Below are positions 1 through 11,700 of a stretch of DNA of 59,090 nt, piece by piece. Location: positions 1-59,090 of IMG/VR virus record IMGVR_UViG_3300029309_000035; one strand, written 5' to 3'. The stretch is from a virus. Its lineage: Duplodnaviria > Caudoviricetes. The notes beneath the pieces were generated by a model, which did no database searches, was not told the origin of the DNA, and saw nothing but the letters and a program-made list of their open reading frames with translations. The position numbers were made by a program, and so were the translations under genes. Every line of letters starts with the position of its first letter. The stretch's first letter is position 1.

Positions 1-458
1 CGACCATGTTTAATAACACTCTTCCAACATCTAGTGTTATAAACTTAGGTTCTAATTTTAACACAAATATGTCTGGAAAAATGATTTGCTATGCGTGGCA
101 TGAAGTGGATGGCTATAGTAAATTTGGTAGCTACATTGCTAATAATAATACCGATGGACCTTTCGTATACACAGGATTTAAACCAGCATTTGTTATGGTT
201 AAAAATATAAATAGTGCTTATAGTTGGTTTATGTTTGATAATGCAAGAGACCCATCTAATCCAGTATCAAATTTTTTAGCCGCAGACCAATCTACTGTAT
301 ATAGTAGTCAAGCTGTTTTGGATTTTGTATCTAATGGTTTTAAAATAAGAATTGGTAATGCTTCTGGAGCTAATCATTTAACAAACACACATATCTACAT
401 GGCATTTGCTGAACATCCATTTGTAGGTGATGGTACAAATCCTGTAACTGCGAGGTAG
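1..458 (+). CDS. C-terminal part of tail fibre/lectin-like virion protein (probably the continuation of 56869..59090)
   Basis: YAWHEVDGYSKFGSY...GPFVYTGFKPAFVMVK...YMAFAEHPF is a C-terminal module typical of marine phage tail proteins; no RBS is visible and the ORF begins at the window edge. Confidence 0.7.
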   Translation, partial: TMFNNTLPTSSVINLGSNFNTNMSGKMICYAWHEVDGYSKFGSYIANNNTDGPFVYTGFKPAFVMVKNINSAYSWFMFDNARDPSNPVSNFLAADQSTVYSSQAVLDFVSNGFKIRIGNASGANHLTNTHIYMAFAEHPFVGDGTNPVTAR

Positions 459-512
459 GGTTGTATATATGAAACAAATATTTAATAATAGAAACATACA
501 TAAAGGAGTATT

Positions 513-1106
513 ATGTCTTGGGCAATAGTAAAAAACAATCAAGTAATTGAGATACTAAATGGTGCAAAAGCTGTAACCATAAATGGTATACAATACCCTA
601 GTAGTATTTTTGGTGCATGGACAAAAGCTGATCTTAAAAATATTGGGATTTATCCAACACAGATTACAAGTACAATAGATAGTAAAACTCATACACCAAC
701 TGGTGGTGTAACTTATACAATTAATACAGACCACGTAGCTGTTCATCATGGTAAAAAAGCACATGTGCTTGAAGATGTTACCAATGAAGATAAAAGTGTA
801 ACAGCAGGTTTAAAATCGAAACTACTTGCAGAAGTTGATAACAATGCATACAACGTATTAGCCCCATCAGATTGGATGACTACACGTCAAATGGAAACGG
901 GTGTAACTATAGCTGACGATTGGAAAACATGGAGAGCTAGTGTACGAACTCAAGCTAAAGCTATGAAGACAGCTATTAATGCTGTAACAACAATCACTGA
1001 TGTTCCGGGATTATATGTAGTGTATGGATCAGCTAGTGATGGAACAATGACATCTGTGTCTAGTGGTCATCTATGGCACTGGCCAGCTAATCCAGATGAG
1101 GCTTAG
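513..1106 (+). CDS. tail fibre assembly-like protein
   Basis: AGGAG RBS; L.PSDW...R motif and terminal WP..P typical of fibre chaperones; follows the fibre gene. Confidence 0.55.
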   Translation: MSWAIVKNNQVIEILNGAKAVTINGIQYPSSIFGAWTKADLKNIGIYPTQITSTIDSKTHTPTGGVTYTINTDHVAVHHGKKAHVLEDVTNEDKSVTAGLKSKLLAEVDNNAYNVLAPSDWMTTRQMETGVTIADDWKTWRASVRTQAKAMKTAINAVTTITDVPGLYVVYGSASDGTMTSVSSGHLWHWPANPDEA

Positions 1107-1125
1107 AGAAAGGTGGAGAAAATAA

Positions 1126-2970
1126 ATGTCCACCGATACGATTCTATTTGATGTAAATTTCAGACCGGGGATAGACAGAGAGTCTACACAGTATGCCTCC
1201 AAAGGTGGCTGGTTTAATGGTGACAAGGTACGGTTTCGTGCGGGTAAACCAGAAAACATTCGTGGTTATGAGAAAAGAGTTCAACAAGAATTTATAGGAG
1301 TAGGCCGTTCGGCACATTCTTTTACAAGTAACGATGGTTTAAAATATCATTCTTTCGGCACACCAAGTCATTTATATATTTATGCTGGTGGTAAAAATTT
1401 TGATATAACACCACTACGAACATCAACAACATCAAGTGTTACTTATAAAACAGTTGCCTCTAGCACTCGCATACTTGTGTCATCTACAAGTCATGGAGCT
1501 AATGTTGGTGACTATTTTATTCTTGTATCTTCAGCTACTGTTGGTGGTAATCATAGATTTTTAAATAATGAATTTGAGGTTGTATCAGCTACACCTACTA
1601 ATTTTACATTTAATGCTTCAATAGCTTCGTCGGCAACTACAACTATAACAACACGATCTAAGTTTCAATTTTATATACACTCAGGCGGATCTCAAAATAT
1701 TCCTGAACTTGGTTGGAGTATTGGAGTTTATAATGCTGGTGTTTCAATCACTGGTCGTCGTACTTGGAACAGTCCAGCTAGTATATCTGGTGATGCACAA
1801 ACACAACCATTACGACAATGGGCACTAGATAACTTTGGCGAAGACTTATTAGCTTTACCAAAGGAAGGTAGATTACATGTATGGGAAGAATCGGACGGCA
1901 CGGGCACAAGAGCTGTGGTTGTATCGACAGCCCCAAGTGCATCCAACTTTATGTTTGTATCACAACAGGATAGACATGTTATTTGTTTAGGCACACATGG
2001 TGTAGCTAGTGGGTTCGATCCCATGTTAGTTAGATGGTCAGACCAAAACGATTACACAAACTGGAACGTCAATGTTAGTAGCACATCGGGTGAGAATCAA
2101 CTGGGTGATGGTAGTGAATTAGTCACGGGTCTTAACACTCGTAACCAATCACTAATCTGGACAGACAATGCTGTACATGCTATGGAGTTTGTTGGTCCAC
2201 CATTTATATTTAACTTTAGACAGTTGGGTTCTAACTGTGGTATAGCTGGACAACATGCAGCTATTGAACTTGATGGTCGTATATTCTGGATGGGTGCCAA
2301 AGATTTCTTTGTGTATGATGGTGCTGTTAAAGCTCTACCATGTACGGTTCGTCGTTATGTTTATGATGACTTTAACTTTGACCAAAAAGAAAAAGTGTAT
2401 GCAGGCACGAACCAAGAGTTTAGAGAAGTAACATGGTTGTACCCCAGTAAAGATTCAACAGAGATAGATCGATATGTAAGTTATAATCCTGTTGAAAATT
2501 ATTGGACATTTGGTACAACTATATTTACAACATGGGAAGATAAAGAAGTATTTCAAAACGTGATAACTACTGGTAAAGAATCTGACGGTGATAACTATTT
2601 ATACACAAATGAACCCGAAGGTATCTATACAGCCGATGGTCAGAGACAAGAAGCTTTTCTTGAATCATCAGAATTTGACACAACTCCACCATCATATGGA
2701 CCAGGAGATAGTATTATGTACTTGGATAGAATCGTTCCAGACTTTACAATAAATGATGGTGGTCGTGTTACTTTAAAAATGAAACTTAAAAACTTTCCCA
2801 ACGGCGAGGTTAAAGAAAAGGGACCTTTTGTTGTAACACCGACAACACAATTTATAAGAACACGTGCTCGTAGTCGTCAAGCTATCATTCGTATCTCGAC
2901 ATCTACGGGTGGAACTAACTGGCGACTAGGATCTTTCAGAATGGATGTAACACAAGATGGCAAAAGATAA
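1126..2970 (+). CDS. tail nozzle/hub (P22 gp10/T7 gp12-like packaged-DNA stabilisation protein)
   Basis: 614 aa, beta-rich; VRWSDQ, GSNCG, FWMG..DFFVYDG motifs; ends in DGKR. Confidence 0.7.
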   Translation: MSTDTILFDVNFRPGIDRESTQYASKGGWFNGDKVRFRAGKPENIRGYEKRVQQEFIGVGRSAHSFTSNDGLKYHSFGTPSHLYIYAGGKNFDITPLRTSTTSSVTYKTVASSTRILVSSTSHGANVGDYFILVSSATVGGNHRFLNNEFEVVSATPTNFTFNASIASSATTTITTRSKFQFYIHSGGSQNIPELGWSIGVYNAGVSITGRRTWNSPASISGDAQTQPLRQWALDNFGEDLLALPKEGRLHVWEESDGTGTRAVVVSTAPSASNFMFVSQQDRHVICLGTHGVASGFDPMLVRWSDQNDYTNWNVNVSSTSGENQLGDGSELVTGLNTRNQSLIWTDNAVHAMEFVGPPFIFNFRQLGSNCGIAGQHAAIELDGRIFWMGAKDFFVYDGAVKALPCTVRRYVYDDFNFDQKEKVYAGTNQEFREVTWLYPSKDSTEIDRYVSYNPVENYWTFGTTIFTTWEDKEVFQNVITTGKESDGDNYLYTNEPEGIYTADGQRQEAFLESSEFDTTPPSYGPGDSIMYLDRIVPDFTINDGGRVTLKMKLKNFPNGEVKEKGPFVVTPTTQFIRTRARSRQAIIRISTSTGGTNWRLGSFRMDVTQDGKR

Positions 2971-3271
2971 CAGAAGAATACCAAGAAAAAAAGGACAACC
3001 AGTCGGCAGTAAAAAACATTCCGACTTGTATACCGACGAGAATCCAAAAGGCACGATACGTGGTTTAAAATTTACAACGGTTGCTGATGCACGAGCTTCA
3101 GTAGCTAAAATTAAAAGATCGAATAGAACACATGCCCATAAAACACAAGCAGCAATAGCTATGGAACAACGAGCTAGGGTTGCCGGTAAAAGTAAACAAG
3201 CTGCTGTGTATAGAGCTTTTATAAATCAACAAAAGAAAAAGACACAACAAAAGAAAAGGAGTGTGGCTTAG
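2957..3271 (+). CDS. small basic conserved phage protein
   Basis: HSDLYTDENPKGTI motif; K/R-rich; overlaps the upstream stop. Confidence 0.65.
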   Translation: MAKDNRRIPRKKGQPVGSKKHSDLYTDENPKGTIRGLKFTTVADARASVAKIKRSNRTHAHKTQAAIAMEQRARVAGKSKQAAVYRAFINQQKKKTQQKKRSVA

Positions 3272-3691
3272 ATGTCTGACTATCCAAGATTTCCTAGAAT
3301 ACGACCGAACATGTCAGATAGTTCAACGACGTTTACAACGGGGTCTCCACGACAAATTGGACCGGGACCAGCCCAACCAGCTCCAACGGCAACGGTATCA
3401 TTTCTTGGTGCAGGCACAGCTAATGCAGCAGCACAAGATGCTCTTACACAAATGGAACAGTGGGCGGATTCATTAAATGATAAGTTGTCATCGGATGGAG
3501 TTAAAATTAGAAATAGTGTACAACAAGATCAGTTTGGATCTATAAGTATACGAGGACGACTAAGACTTAATAGTAACTTAACCGACCCTGATACGGCAGA
3601 AGTCACACCATTAAAAGGGCAGATTAGATTTAATGTTGATACCAATAAGTTTCAAGGCTATGACGGTACAGCTTGGAGGGACTTTCACTAA
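3272..3691 (+). CDS. hypothetical virion protein
   Basis: translationally coupled; C-terminal GQIRFN...FQGYDGTAW motif seen in tail proteins. Confidence 0.55.
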   Translation: MSDYPRFPRIRPNMSDSSTTFTTGSPRQIGPGPAQPAPTATVSFLGAGTANAAAQDALTQMEQWADSLNDKLSSDGVKIRNSVQQDQFGSISIRGRLRLNSNLTDPDTAEVTPLKGQIRFNVDTNKFQGYDGTAWRDFH

Positions 3692-5856
3692 TGTTTAAAA
3701 GTATAGGTAGATTTTTTAAAACAATAGCCACGGATATTTTACCTCCAGCTATATTAGGTATTGCTGGTGGTCCAGTATTTGGACCTTATTTAGCCGCAGC
3801 TTATTCAGGTATTAAAACGGGTGTTGAAACAGGTAGCCCGTTTGCTGGTATTGGATCAGCTGCTATGTCTTTTGGTTTAGCTCAAATAGGACAAGGTTTA
3901 AGAGGACAAGGTCCGGCAGCTTTAGATACTGGTAAAGGACTAACAGCAGGTCCTTTAGCTGGTACAAGTCCTATCGATGCAACAAAAGGAACTGCATCTT
4001 TTATGCAATCTTCAGGTAAAGTAGCTCAACAGTTAGGATCAGCTGCTAACATTACACCAGGTTTAGCAGAAAGTATTGGGTATACTGGTAAATTAACACA
4101 AGGTGTAGCTCCGACTCCAACAGATATAATTAAAGGAAAAGATGCTTTTCAAGTAATTACAGATGCAAGTGGTGCTTCAAGAGTAGTTAGACCAGATTTA
4201 GTTTCTGCACCAAGAACAGGTCTTATGGGATTTGCTAAAGATGCTGTTGACATAGCAATGAAACCTGCACCATTATTTCAAGATGTAGGTATTGATTATA
4301 ATGTAAGACCAGCCACTGTTGCCGGATTAGGACTAGTGGCTAAAGCAGCAGGAACACCTTTACCCGAACCAGAGCCACTACCATTAATGCAACAACAACC
4401 ACAAAGAGATTTAAGTAGATTTGCTTATAAAGGTCCGTTACAAAGAGGACCATATCAATATGCTGATCCTGAATCTTTATATGGTCCAAGGGATGCAAGT
4501 ACCTATGGATATATGGGAGCTAAAGAGGGAGGAGTTATGAAGTTTCAATTAGGTGGTGCTTCTATGATCGGTGGTTTCTCCCCCATTGACCCAAACATGA
4601 GACCAGCTCCATCATTACAAAGAACGGGGGGTGAGCCTCCTATAAATATTGTTAGTCCTCCAGGTGGTCAAGCTGACCCAGTTGAAACAATTAATTTTAT
4701 AGGACCATCACCAATCAATCAACCACCAATGTCTGGTATAACTCAAACATTACAAAAGGCGGGTCAACAACAACCGGGTATGCCTACACCAAGTCCAACA
4801 CAAACATTACAAGGTCTATCACAACAGTTATCTAAAGATGTAAACTTACAACCACCTGCACCAATTCCGGCTCAAGCCCCTATGATGCCGCAACAACAAT
4901 TAAATGTTCAAGGACTACTTGATCAACAAGGCATGAATAGATTAAGTAATCTTATTAAAGATCTTCCTCGTAAACCTTTAGATATTTCTATTAGTGGTCT
5001 TGGTAATCTTGGTTTAGCTGCCGGTGGTCAAGTTCCGGGTATGGCAGGAGCTTCTCCTATATCACAAACGGCTATGTCACCTATAGCTCCCCAACAGTCC
5101 CCAACTACACCTGCCCAAGAACGACCCAAAAATTTAACTATTGGACCAAGTTCAACAATGGATCCAACAGCTGTGGAAACCACTAAAGCTGTATATGGTG
5201 AAGGGGGTGATCCTGGTGAAGAAGAATTTATAAATACGTTTAGTAATATATTTAATAGTAATCCAAACATTGTTACTCGTGTAGCTCAAAGAGAATTATT
5301 ACCAAATGTTGGTCGTCAAATGTATCAACAAATGAAAGAGGCTAATGCTTTTACTCCGGGACTACCAATACAACAACCAACAATTCCAACTATCGGAACA
5401 GATACGGAACCAAAACAAATGGCTGAAGGTGGAGAAGTAGAGTCCGGTCAAATGTTACAAGAGAATGCATTCGTTATACCAGCAGATGTCGTAGGTCACA
5501 TAGGTGACGGTTCATCTGATGCTGGTGCTCAAAGATTACAAAGTTATTTGGGTATGAACCCGCAGCAGTATCAGGCGGGTGGGATTATGGCGGGTGAACT
5601 ACAAGGACCGGGTGGTGGTATGGATGACCTCATTCAAACCAGTATTGAAGGAAAACAAGCCGCAGCTGTGAGTCCTCAAGAGTTTGTAGTGCCACGAGAT
5701 ATTGTTGCAGAATTAGGAAAAGGTAGTTATGATCAGGGTTCTAAAAAATTATATGCCCTTATGAGAAATGTACGTAAATTTAAAACAGGTAAAACAGAAC
5801 AACCGGCTGAACTAAATAGAGGTTTAAACACCTTGATGAGATCTGCGGTTGCTTGA
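3691..5856 (+). CDS. internal virion (ejection) protein, P/Q/G-rich
   Basis: ATG at 3691 coupled to the upstream TAA; glycine-zipper N-terminus; duplicated C-terminal FV[IV]P.D[IV]V..[IL]G.GS...G module; repeated hydrophobic-x-x-GG motifs. Confidence 0.6.
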   Translation: MFKSIGRFFKTIATDILPPAILGIAGGPVFGPYLAAAYSGIKTGVETGSPFAGIGSAAMSFGLAQIGQGLRGQGPAALDTGKGLTAGPLAGTSPIDATKGTASFMQSSGKVAQQLGSAANITPGLAESIGYTGKLTQGVAPTPTDIIKGKDAFQVITDASGASRVVRPDLVSAPRTGLMGFAKDAVDIAMKPAPLFQDVGIDYNVRPATVAGLGLVAKAAGTPLPEPEPLPLMQQQPQRDLSRFAYKGPLQRGPYQYADPESLYGPRDASTYGYMGAKEGGVMKFQLGGASMIGGFSPIDPNMRPAPSLQRTGGEPPINIVSPPGGQADPVETINFIGPSPINQPPMSGITQTLQKAGQQQPGMPTPSPTQTLQGLSQQLSKDVNLQPPAPIPAQAPMMPQQQLNVQGLLDQQGMNRLSNLIKDLPRKPLDISISGLGNLGLAAGGQVPGMAGASPISQTAMSPIAPQQSPTTPAQERPKNLTIGPSSTMDPTAVETTKAVYGEGGDPGEEEFINTFSNIFNSNPNIVTRVAQRELLPNVGRQMYQQMKEANAFTPGLPIQQPTIPTIGTDTEPKQMAEGGEVESGQMLQENAFVIPADVVGHIGDGSSDAGAQRLQSYLGMNPQQYQAGGIMAGELQGPGGGMDDLIQTSIEGKQAAAVSPQEFVVPRDIVAELGKGSYDQGSKKLYALMRNVRKFKTGKTEQPAELNRGLNTLMRSAVA

Positions 5857-6274
5857 GGTAGAAGAGGTTAAATCTTTTGATGATATTGAAGAATTGTTTA
5901 TGTTGTTCCCAGTGGAGATTGAACGAGGACCGTTTGATAATAAATACACACCCGAATTACTTAAACATCATATTGAAACAGGAGTATTAGGTTTGTTAAG
6001 GATAAAACATAATGGTAGAATAATCGCAGGTTATGTAATAAGAATCAATGTTTATCCAACGACCAAACGACTGTTGGAAATTTTGTTTATCTTTGGAAGA
6101 AATCTCAATCTTCGTATAGGTAAACAAATATTTAAAAAGCTTGAAGACTTGGCTCGACAGTTAAAGTTAGATGGCATTGAATTAACCGGTCGTATGCAAT
6201 GGAATAAAGTGTGCGACAAGCTTGGTTTTGACAACCAACAATTTATACAGAGAACAAAATGGCTGACTTATTAA
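5849..6274 (+). CDS. GNAT-like protein of the ejection module (P22 gp14/T7 gp13-like position)
   Basis: 141 aa; LEDLARQLKLDGIELTGR..W motif; lies between internal virion genes. Confidence 0.5.
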   Translation: MLEVEEVKSFDDIEELFMLFPVEIERGPFDNKYTPELLKHHIETGVLGLLRIKHNGRIIAGYVIRINVYPTTKRLLEILFIFGRNLNLRIGKQIFKKLEDLARQLKLDGIELTGRMQWNKVCDKLGFDNQQFIQRTKWLTY

Positions 6275-8775
6275 AACGACTTAAAATTTCTGAACAACAA
6301 TACGGTGTAGGAATGGAAGATAATCCATTTCAAAATGCATCTCCTGATGAGTGTATTAATGTATGCTTTGGTGGTAGTGGTGGTGGTGGATCACCTCCTC
6401 CCCCTCCTCCTCAAACAGTCACACAGCAAACAAGTAATATACCGGAATATTTTCAACCATATCTTGAACGATTGTTTGAAAGAGCTGAAGGTGTAACAAC
6501 AGAACCATTTCAAAGATATGAAGGTCAACGATTAGCAGAAGTAACACCTCAACAAAAAACAGCTTATCAAGGAGTAGAGGATTTAGTTGGTGGTTATAAA
6601 CCATACATAGGTACAGCTGATGTGTTAACAGCTCAAGCTGCACAACAATCAACAGATCCAATGGCTGTTGCCTCACGTATGAATCCATATCAACAGTCAG
6701 TTATTGACATACAAAAAAGGGAAGCTCTAAGGGATGCTGAAAAATTACAGCAACAAATAGGAGCTTCAGCCGTAGGAGCAGGGGCCTTTGGTGGATCACG
6801 TCAAGCTTTACAAGAAACAGAATTAGCTCGACAAACGGGACAACGACTAGCCGATATACAAGCCGTTGGTTCACAACAAGCCTATCAACAGGCCCTCAAT
6901 CAACTAGCTGCGGATCGTGCTGCTTCTCTAGCTGCGGGTCAACAGTTTGCTGGATTGGGTACGACCCAACAACAGTTAGGATTAGCCGGACTTGGTGCTC
7001 TTGAAACAGTGGGTCAGACACGACAAGCTCAACAACAACGTCCACTTGATATTGCTTATGAAGACTTTGCTCGTGAGACTACATTCCCATCACAACAAGT
7101 ACAACAAATGTCTTCTGTGTTACGTGGATTTAATTTACCAACATCAACCTATGCTACGACACAAACACAACAAGCTCAACCGGGTTTTGGTCAACAGCTA
7201 CTGGGTTATGGTTCAGGTGCTTTAGGATTATACGGTGCCGGTAAAACATTTGGATTGTTTGCCGGGGGTGGAGAAGTAAACCCCGGACTAAAAGCACTGG
7301 CTAAGAAAGCTCCTGAAGCTGTAGAAAACATGGGTTATAATCCTGATGAAGTAGCTAATGCTTATGTGGGTGGTCGTATGAACTTTAATATAGGTGGTCT
7401 TTCAGATATTGAAAGAGGAACTAAAAGATTTAAGGGAGATAGAACATATCCAGACGGCACTCCTTTACCTCTTCAAATAGGACCTGAATTTTTTAGAAGT
7501 ATGGGTGCTGAAATTATTGAAGAAAAAGATAAAAAAAATTTTAGAGATGATTCAATAAATAAATTATCTCGAGATGCCTCTGGTTTTAGATCAGATAGAG
7601 ATGAAGTTGAGCCTATAAGACCAAAAGAAGAAAAGAGTTTATTTGAAAATTTATTTGCAGAAGATGGTGGGCCAAGTGATAGTGATACTATTCAAGATGA
7701 AATTGATTTTTTACAAGGGGGTCAAGAAACAAATCTACCAATTAGTGATTCAACTATTTCAAATCAACAAAATAACCAACCAACAAATTTTTTACAAATA
7801 TTAAATCCAATAGGTCAAGCTCAAGCTAAAGCTAAAGAATTAATAGATCAAAAAAAAGAGGAACAGAAGATTGTTGATAAAAAAGAAAGTGATAAAGAGC
7901 CATCAACAATTATTCAAAGAAAAACACCGTTAATGAGTGGATCTAATGCCATGACAGGATATGCACAAAATATATTAGGAACTATTGATAAACTTGAATC
8001 TGAAATAAAAGGAATATCTGAAGAACAAAAAGGGTCAACGAAAAGAGCTGGTGCTATTTTAGAAGGACTAAAGAAAGCTAAACAAGATAGACTATCTAAA
8101 GTTAAAGAAGATGCACAAAACGAAGGTTTAATGGAGTTTTTAAATATATCAAAAAGAATATTTGAAGCCGATCCATCAAAAGGACTAGGAGCTATTGCCT
8201 TTGGGTCTTTAGCTGATTCAACCGATAAGTTTGTAGATATTGCAAAAAGAATTAAAGACATACCGGTTCAAGAACAAGAGATAGCTTTAGAAGCAGAGCT
8301 TGGTAAATTAGAATTAGGAGATAAAGAAAGAGCTATTGCAAAAGACTTTATTACTCAAAGATTAGCCACAACGACAGCTAGAATAAATGTTCTTGACAAA
8401 GTAACAACTGCTTTGGGTAAAGGTATAAAATCTTTTTTACCAACTAATAATGACATCAATGCTATCGCAAAAAGATTTTTGGGTAGGGAAGCTCGAGAAC
8501 CAGAAGGGCAAAAAATACAACAATATGTAGACGAGGCTTATAAAGAAACTGCACAATTTGGAGAACAACAAAGAATGAAAGGTATTACAACACCAAAAGA
8601 TGAATTAACTATGATGTTTACTAATCGTTTAGGACAAAAACTTATGAGTGATGAAAGCATTCGTAAATATAATCAAGAAAATACAGATGATTTTATTGAT
8701 CCAACAGCTGGTAAGACTTTAGATAACCAAAAATTTAAAAAAGTGCAGAAAGGTTCAAATCAAACGGGTAGATAA
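6259..8775 (+). CDS. internal virion/DNA transfer (pilot) protein
   Basis: MNPYQQSVID, GAGAFGGSRQ motifs, Q/A-rich coiled coils, glycine-zipper segment. Confidence 0.65.
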   Translation: MADLLKRLKISEQQYGVGMEDNPFQNASPDECINVCFGGSGGGGSPPPPPPQTVTQQTSNIPEYFQPYLERLFERAEGVTTEPFQRYEGQRLAEVTPQQKTAYQGVEDLVGGYKPYIGTADVLTAQAAQQSTDPMAVASRMNPYQQSVIDIQKREALRDAEKLQQQIGASAVGAGAFGGSRQALQETELARQTGQRLADIQAVGSQQAYQQALNQLAADRAASLAAGQQFAGLGTTQQQLGLAGLGALETVGQTRQAQQQRPLDIAYEDFARETTFPSQQVQQMSSVLRGFNLPTSTYATTQTQQAQPGFGQQLLGYGSGALGLYGAGKTFGLFAGGGEVNPGLKALAKKAPEAVENMGYNPDEVANAYVGGRMNFNIGGLSDIERGTKRFKGDRTYPDGTPLPLQIGPEFFRSMGAEIIEEKDKKNFRDDSINKLSRDASGFRSDRDEVEPIRPKEEKSLFENLFAEDGGPSDSDTIQDEIDFLQGGQETNLPISDSTISNQQNNQPTNFLQILNPIGQAQAKAKELIDQKKEEQKIVDKKESDKEPSTIIQRKTPLMSGSNAMTGYAQNILGTIDKLESEIKGISEEQKGSTKRAGAILEGLKKAKQDRLSKVKEDAQNEGLMEFLNISKRIFEADPSKGLGAIAFGSLADSTDKFVDIAKRIKDIPVQEQEIALEAELGKLELGDKERAIAKDFITQRLATTTARINVLDKVTTALGKGIKSFLPTNNDINAIAKRFLGREAREPEGQKIQQYVDEAYKETAQFGEQQRMKGITTPKDELTMMFTNRLGQKLMSDESIRKYNQENTDDFIDPTAGKTLDNQKFKKVQKGSNQTGR

Positions 8776-8777
8776 AT

Positions 8778-11700
8778 ATGTTAGCTAATTATAAAACAGC
8801 TACCTTTCAAGAAACTCGAAAAGAATTATTAGACAATCAAGATAAAGGTAAGCTTACACAACAAGAAGAAATTAAAAAATTTCTACAAGACAAAGGTTAC
8901 GATTATCAAGATTTTTTTAATGAAGAAGATAGGTATGAAGCCGACTATTATAAACAACAGCAGGAAGAACAAGAAAAAGGTGCTGTTGCTAAACAATTAT
9001 TACCTGAAAGTGAAGTAGCTCGTCCTGAATTAACTGGACTAGGTGTTATTGATTCTCCGGTAAGAGTTGCTGGTAGAGCTGTTGGTGAAGCTACAACTGG
9101 ATTAAAAGATACAATAGCTACTTTTTTTCCTAAGTTTGAAGAAAAAAGAGTTGAGATTGGTAATTTTTTAAGAGAGAGTTTACCAGAAAGTGTGCAACGA
9201 TTTGTGTATCAAACTATGGATCCTTATCACGGGGGTGAAGGACTTGGGGCTACGGTCGAAGAAACAGCTGGAAAGATCGGATCTTACTTTGTTGGTTATG
9301 GTGGTGTAACTAAAGGTCTCCAAGGTATAGCTAAAATAACTCCAGGTGCTCGATCGGTAATGACTCAAACATCTCGTAAGTTAAAAAGAAAAGCTAGAAA
9401 AGCAGCTCGATTAACTGGAGCTGGAGTTCGTTTTGGTGCAGCCGCAACCATAGTAGAAGATCCAGAAGAAAATTTAGTAAATGTTTTAAACGAACAATTT
9501 CCAGAATCATTTGAGTTTCTTGAAAAATATACGATTGATCCAACCGATAAAAAATCTAAACAATATTTAGATGCTCTTGTAAACAATCTAGTAGCCGAAG
9601 GTGTGCTCACAGCTGGGGTAGCCACAGTTGGTGGTTTAGCTAAACTTTATAAAACTATTAGACGTAGTAAAACTGTTACAGAAAGATTTCCGTTAAAAGA
9701 TTTTGGAAAAAAAGCTGGTCGATTAGATAAAATAGCTGCGGGATTATCATCCAGAATGGGTGTTGATGAGTCAACTATGGAGAAATTAATTTTAAGAGAT
9801 AATGCTGCAAAATCAGCTGCAATAAAATCAACAGGTTTAGCTAGTGAATTAGAAAACTCTTTAAAAAAAATAGAGGGAATAGATGATAATTTTTTATCTG
9901 ATGTTGTTAATCAAGCTTTACAAAGTAAAAACACAATAACACGATCTGTTGACGGTCGTAGATTTGAAACAGGAACTGATGCTTTAGAAGCACTTAGACA
10001 AAAGTCTCCAGAGGCAGCTAACATAGTTAAAGAAATGAGAGACAATATTGATGAATTATCTATGTCAATTAGTGATAAAGTTGGAGGAAAATTTTCAGCA
10101 ACGATTGATAACAATCTTAAAACATATTTAAACACATCCTATAAAATATTTGATAATCCTGAATATCGTCAACAAATTTTAAAAAGAGTAAAAAATTTAA
10201 AAGATGATGATGAGGTAGTTCAAAATGCCATGATTTATATGCGAGAAAAACTTGGATCAGAGGCCACAGAAGAGTTAGCTCAAAAAGAATTAATTGAATT
10301 ATTAACTGATAAAGGGTCAAGAGAATTTTTTAAAAGTTTAAGTGGAGCTAAAGGATATAATTTATTTGGTAGTTCTAAACCGACAAAACCTAAACTTACT
10401 GATTTTGATAATAGATTAAAAGCTTTATATGGAGAGGTTAAAAATCCATTTAGAAATTATTTAAATACATTTAATAAGTTATCAGTTATTAAAGCTGAAC
10501 AAGATTTTTTAGATGAACTAGCTAGTGATCTTGTATCTCGTAACATAGCCAAAGTATCTCCTAGTGGTAGAGTGGATGATGGTTTAGTTAGTGTTGAAGA
10601 TGCGGCAAAAGCTAGGTTAGATAAAATATTTGGTAAAAATTTAACTGAAGGAAAAAAATTAAATATTCTTGATGAGAGTAATAGAGAAATTATAAGCTCT
10701 TTTGTTACTCAACCTAACGTAAAAAATCCATTTAAAGATGTTTACGTAAATGAAAATTATGTGAAAGCTATTAGTGAGGGTTTAAATATGTTGGAACAAC
10801 CAAGTGGTAATCCAATTATGAAAGCCTATGATTATTTTTTAAAAGCAAAAGGTTTATCACAGGTAATGAAAACAATCTACTCACCCTCAACACATGGTCG
10901 TAACGTCATGGGTAATGTTATGATAATGGGAGCAAACGGCATGATTCCTTTTGGTAAACAAGGCAGTCAAGCTTTTGCTGACTTAGGAAAAAGATTTGCA
11001 GGTGTATCAAATAAAGAATTAGGAGAACGATTAGCTCGATATTCTGAACTTGGTATAACTGATAGTGGAGTTGGTTTAGGAACAATAAAAGATAATTTAA
11101 ATATGTTTTTAAGTGAGCCTGATAAATGGTTAGACAAATCTATAGTACAAAAAACTAAATCAGCACCTTCTACATTTAATAAAAAACTATTTCAATTATA
11201 TCAAGCTGAAGATGACATATTTAAAATTATGCATTTTGAGAAAACAAAAGATTATTTAAAAAAAGCTTTTCCTAATAAAAATATTTCTGAGATTGAAAGT
11301 TTAGCTGCCAGTCGTACTCGTGATCTTATGCCCAACTATGCTCTTGTTCCTAAATATTTTAAACAACTAAGAGGTTTTCCTGTTGGAGACTTTTTATCTT
11401 TTCCAGCTGAGATGGTTAGAATTAGTAAAAATTTAATTAAATACACTCTTGATGATTTATCTTCTGGTAACTTTGAATTAACTAAACAAGGAGCTAAAAG
11501 ATTAGCCGGACTAACAACTGTTGGTATAAGTGGTGACTATCTTAAAAATAAATCAATGATGTTAATGAACATTAACAAAGATCAAGATGAAGCTATTAAC
11601 AATACTATACCATATTACGAACAAGATTATTCAAGAATATATTTAAGTCCTATTCAGAAACGAAAAGATGGATCAGTCGTAGTCGATTATGTAAATTTAG

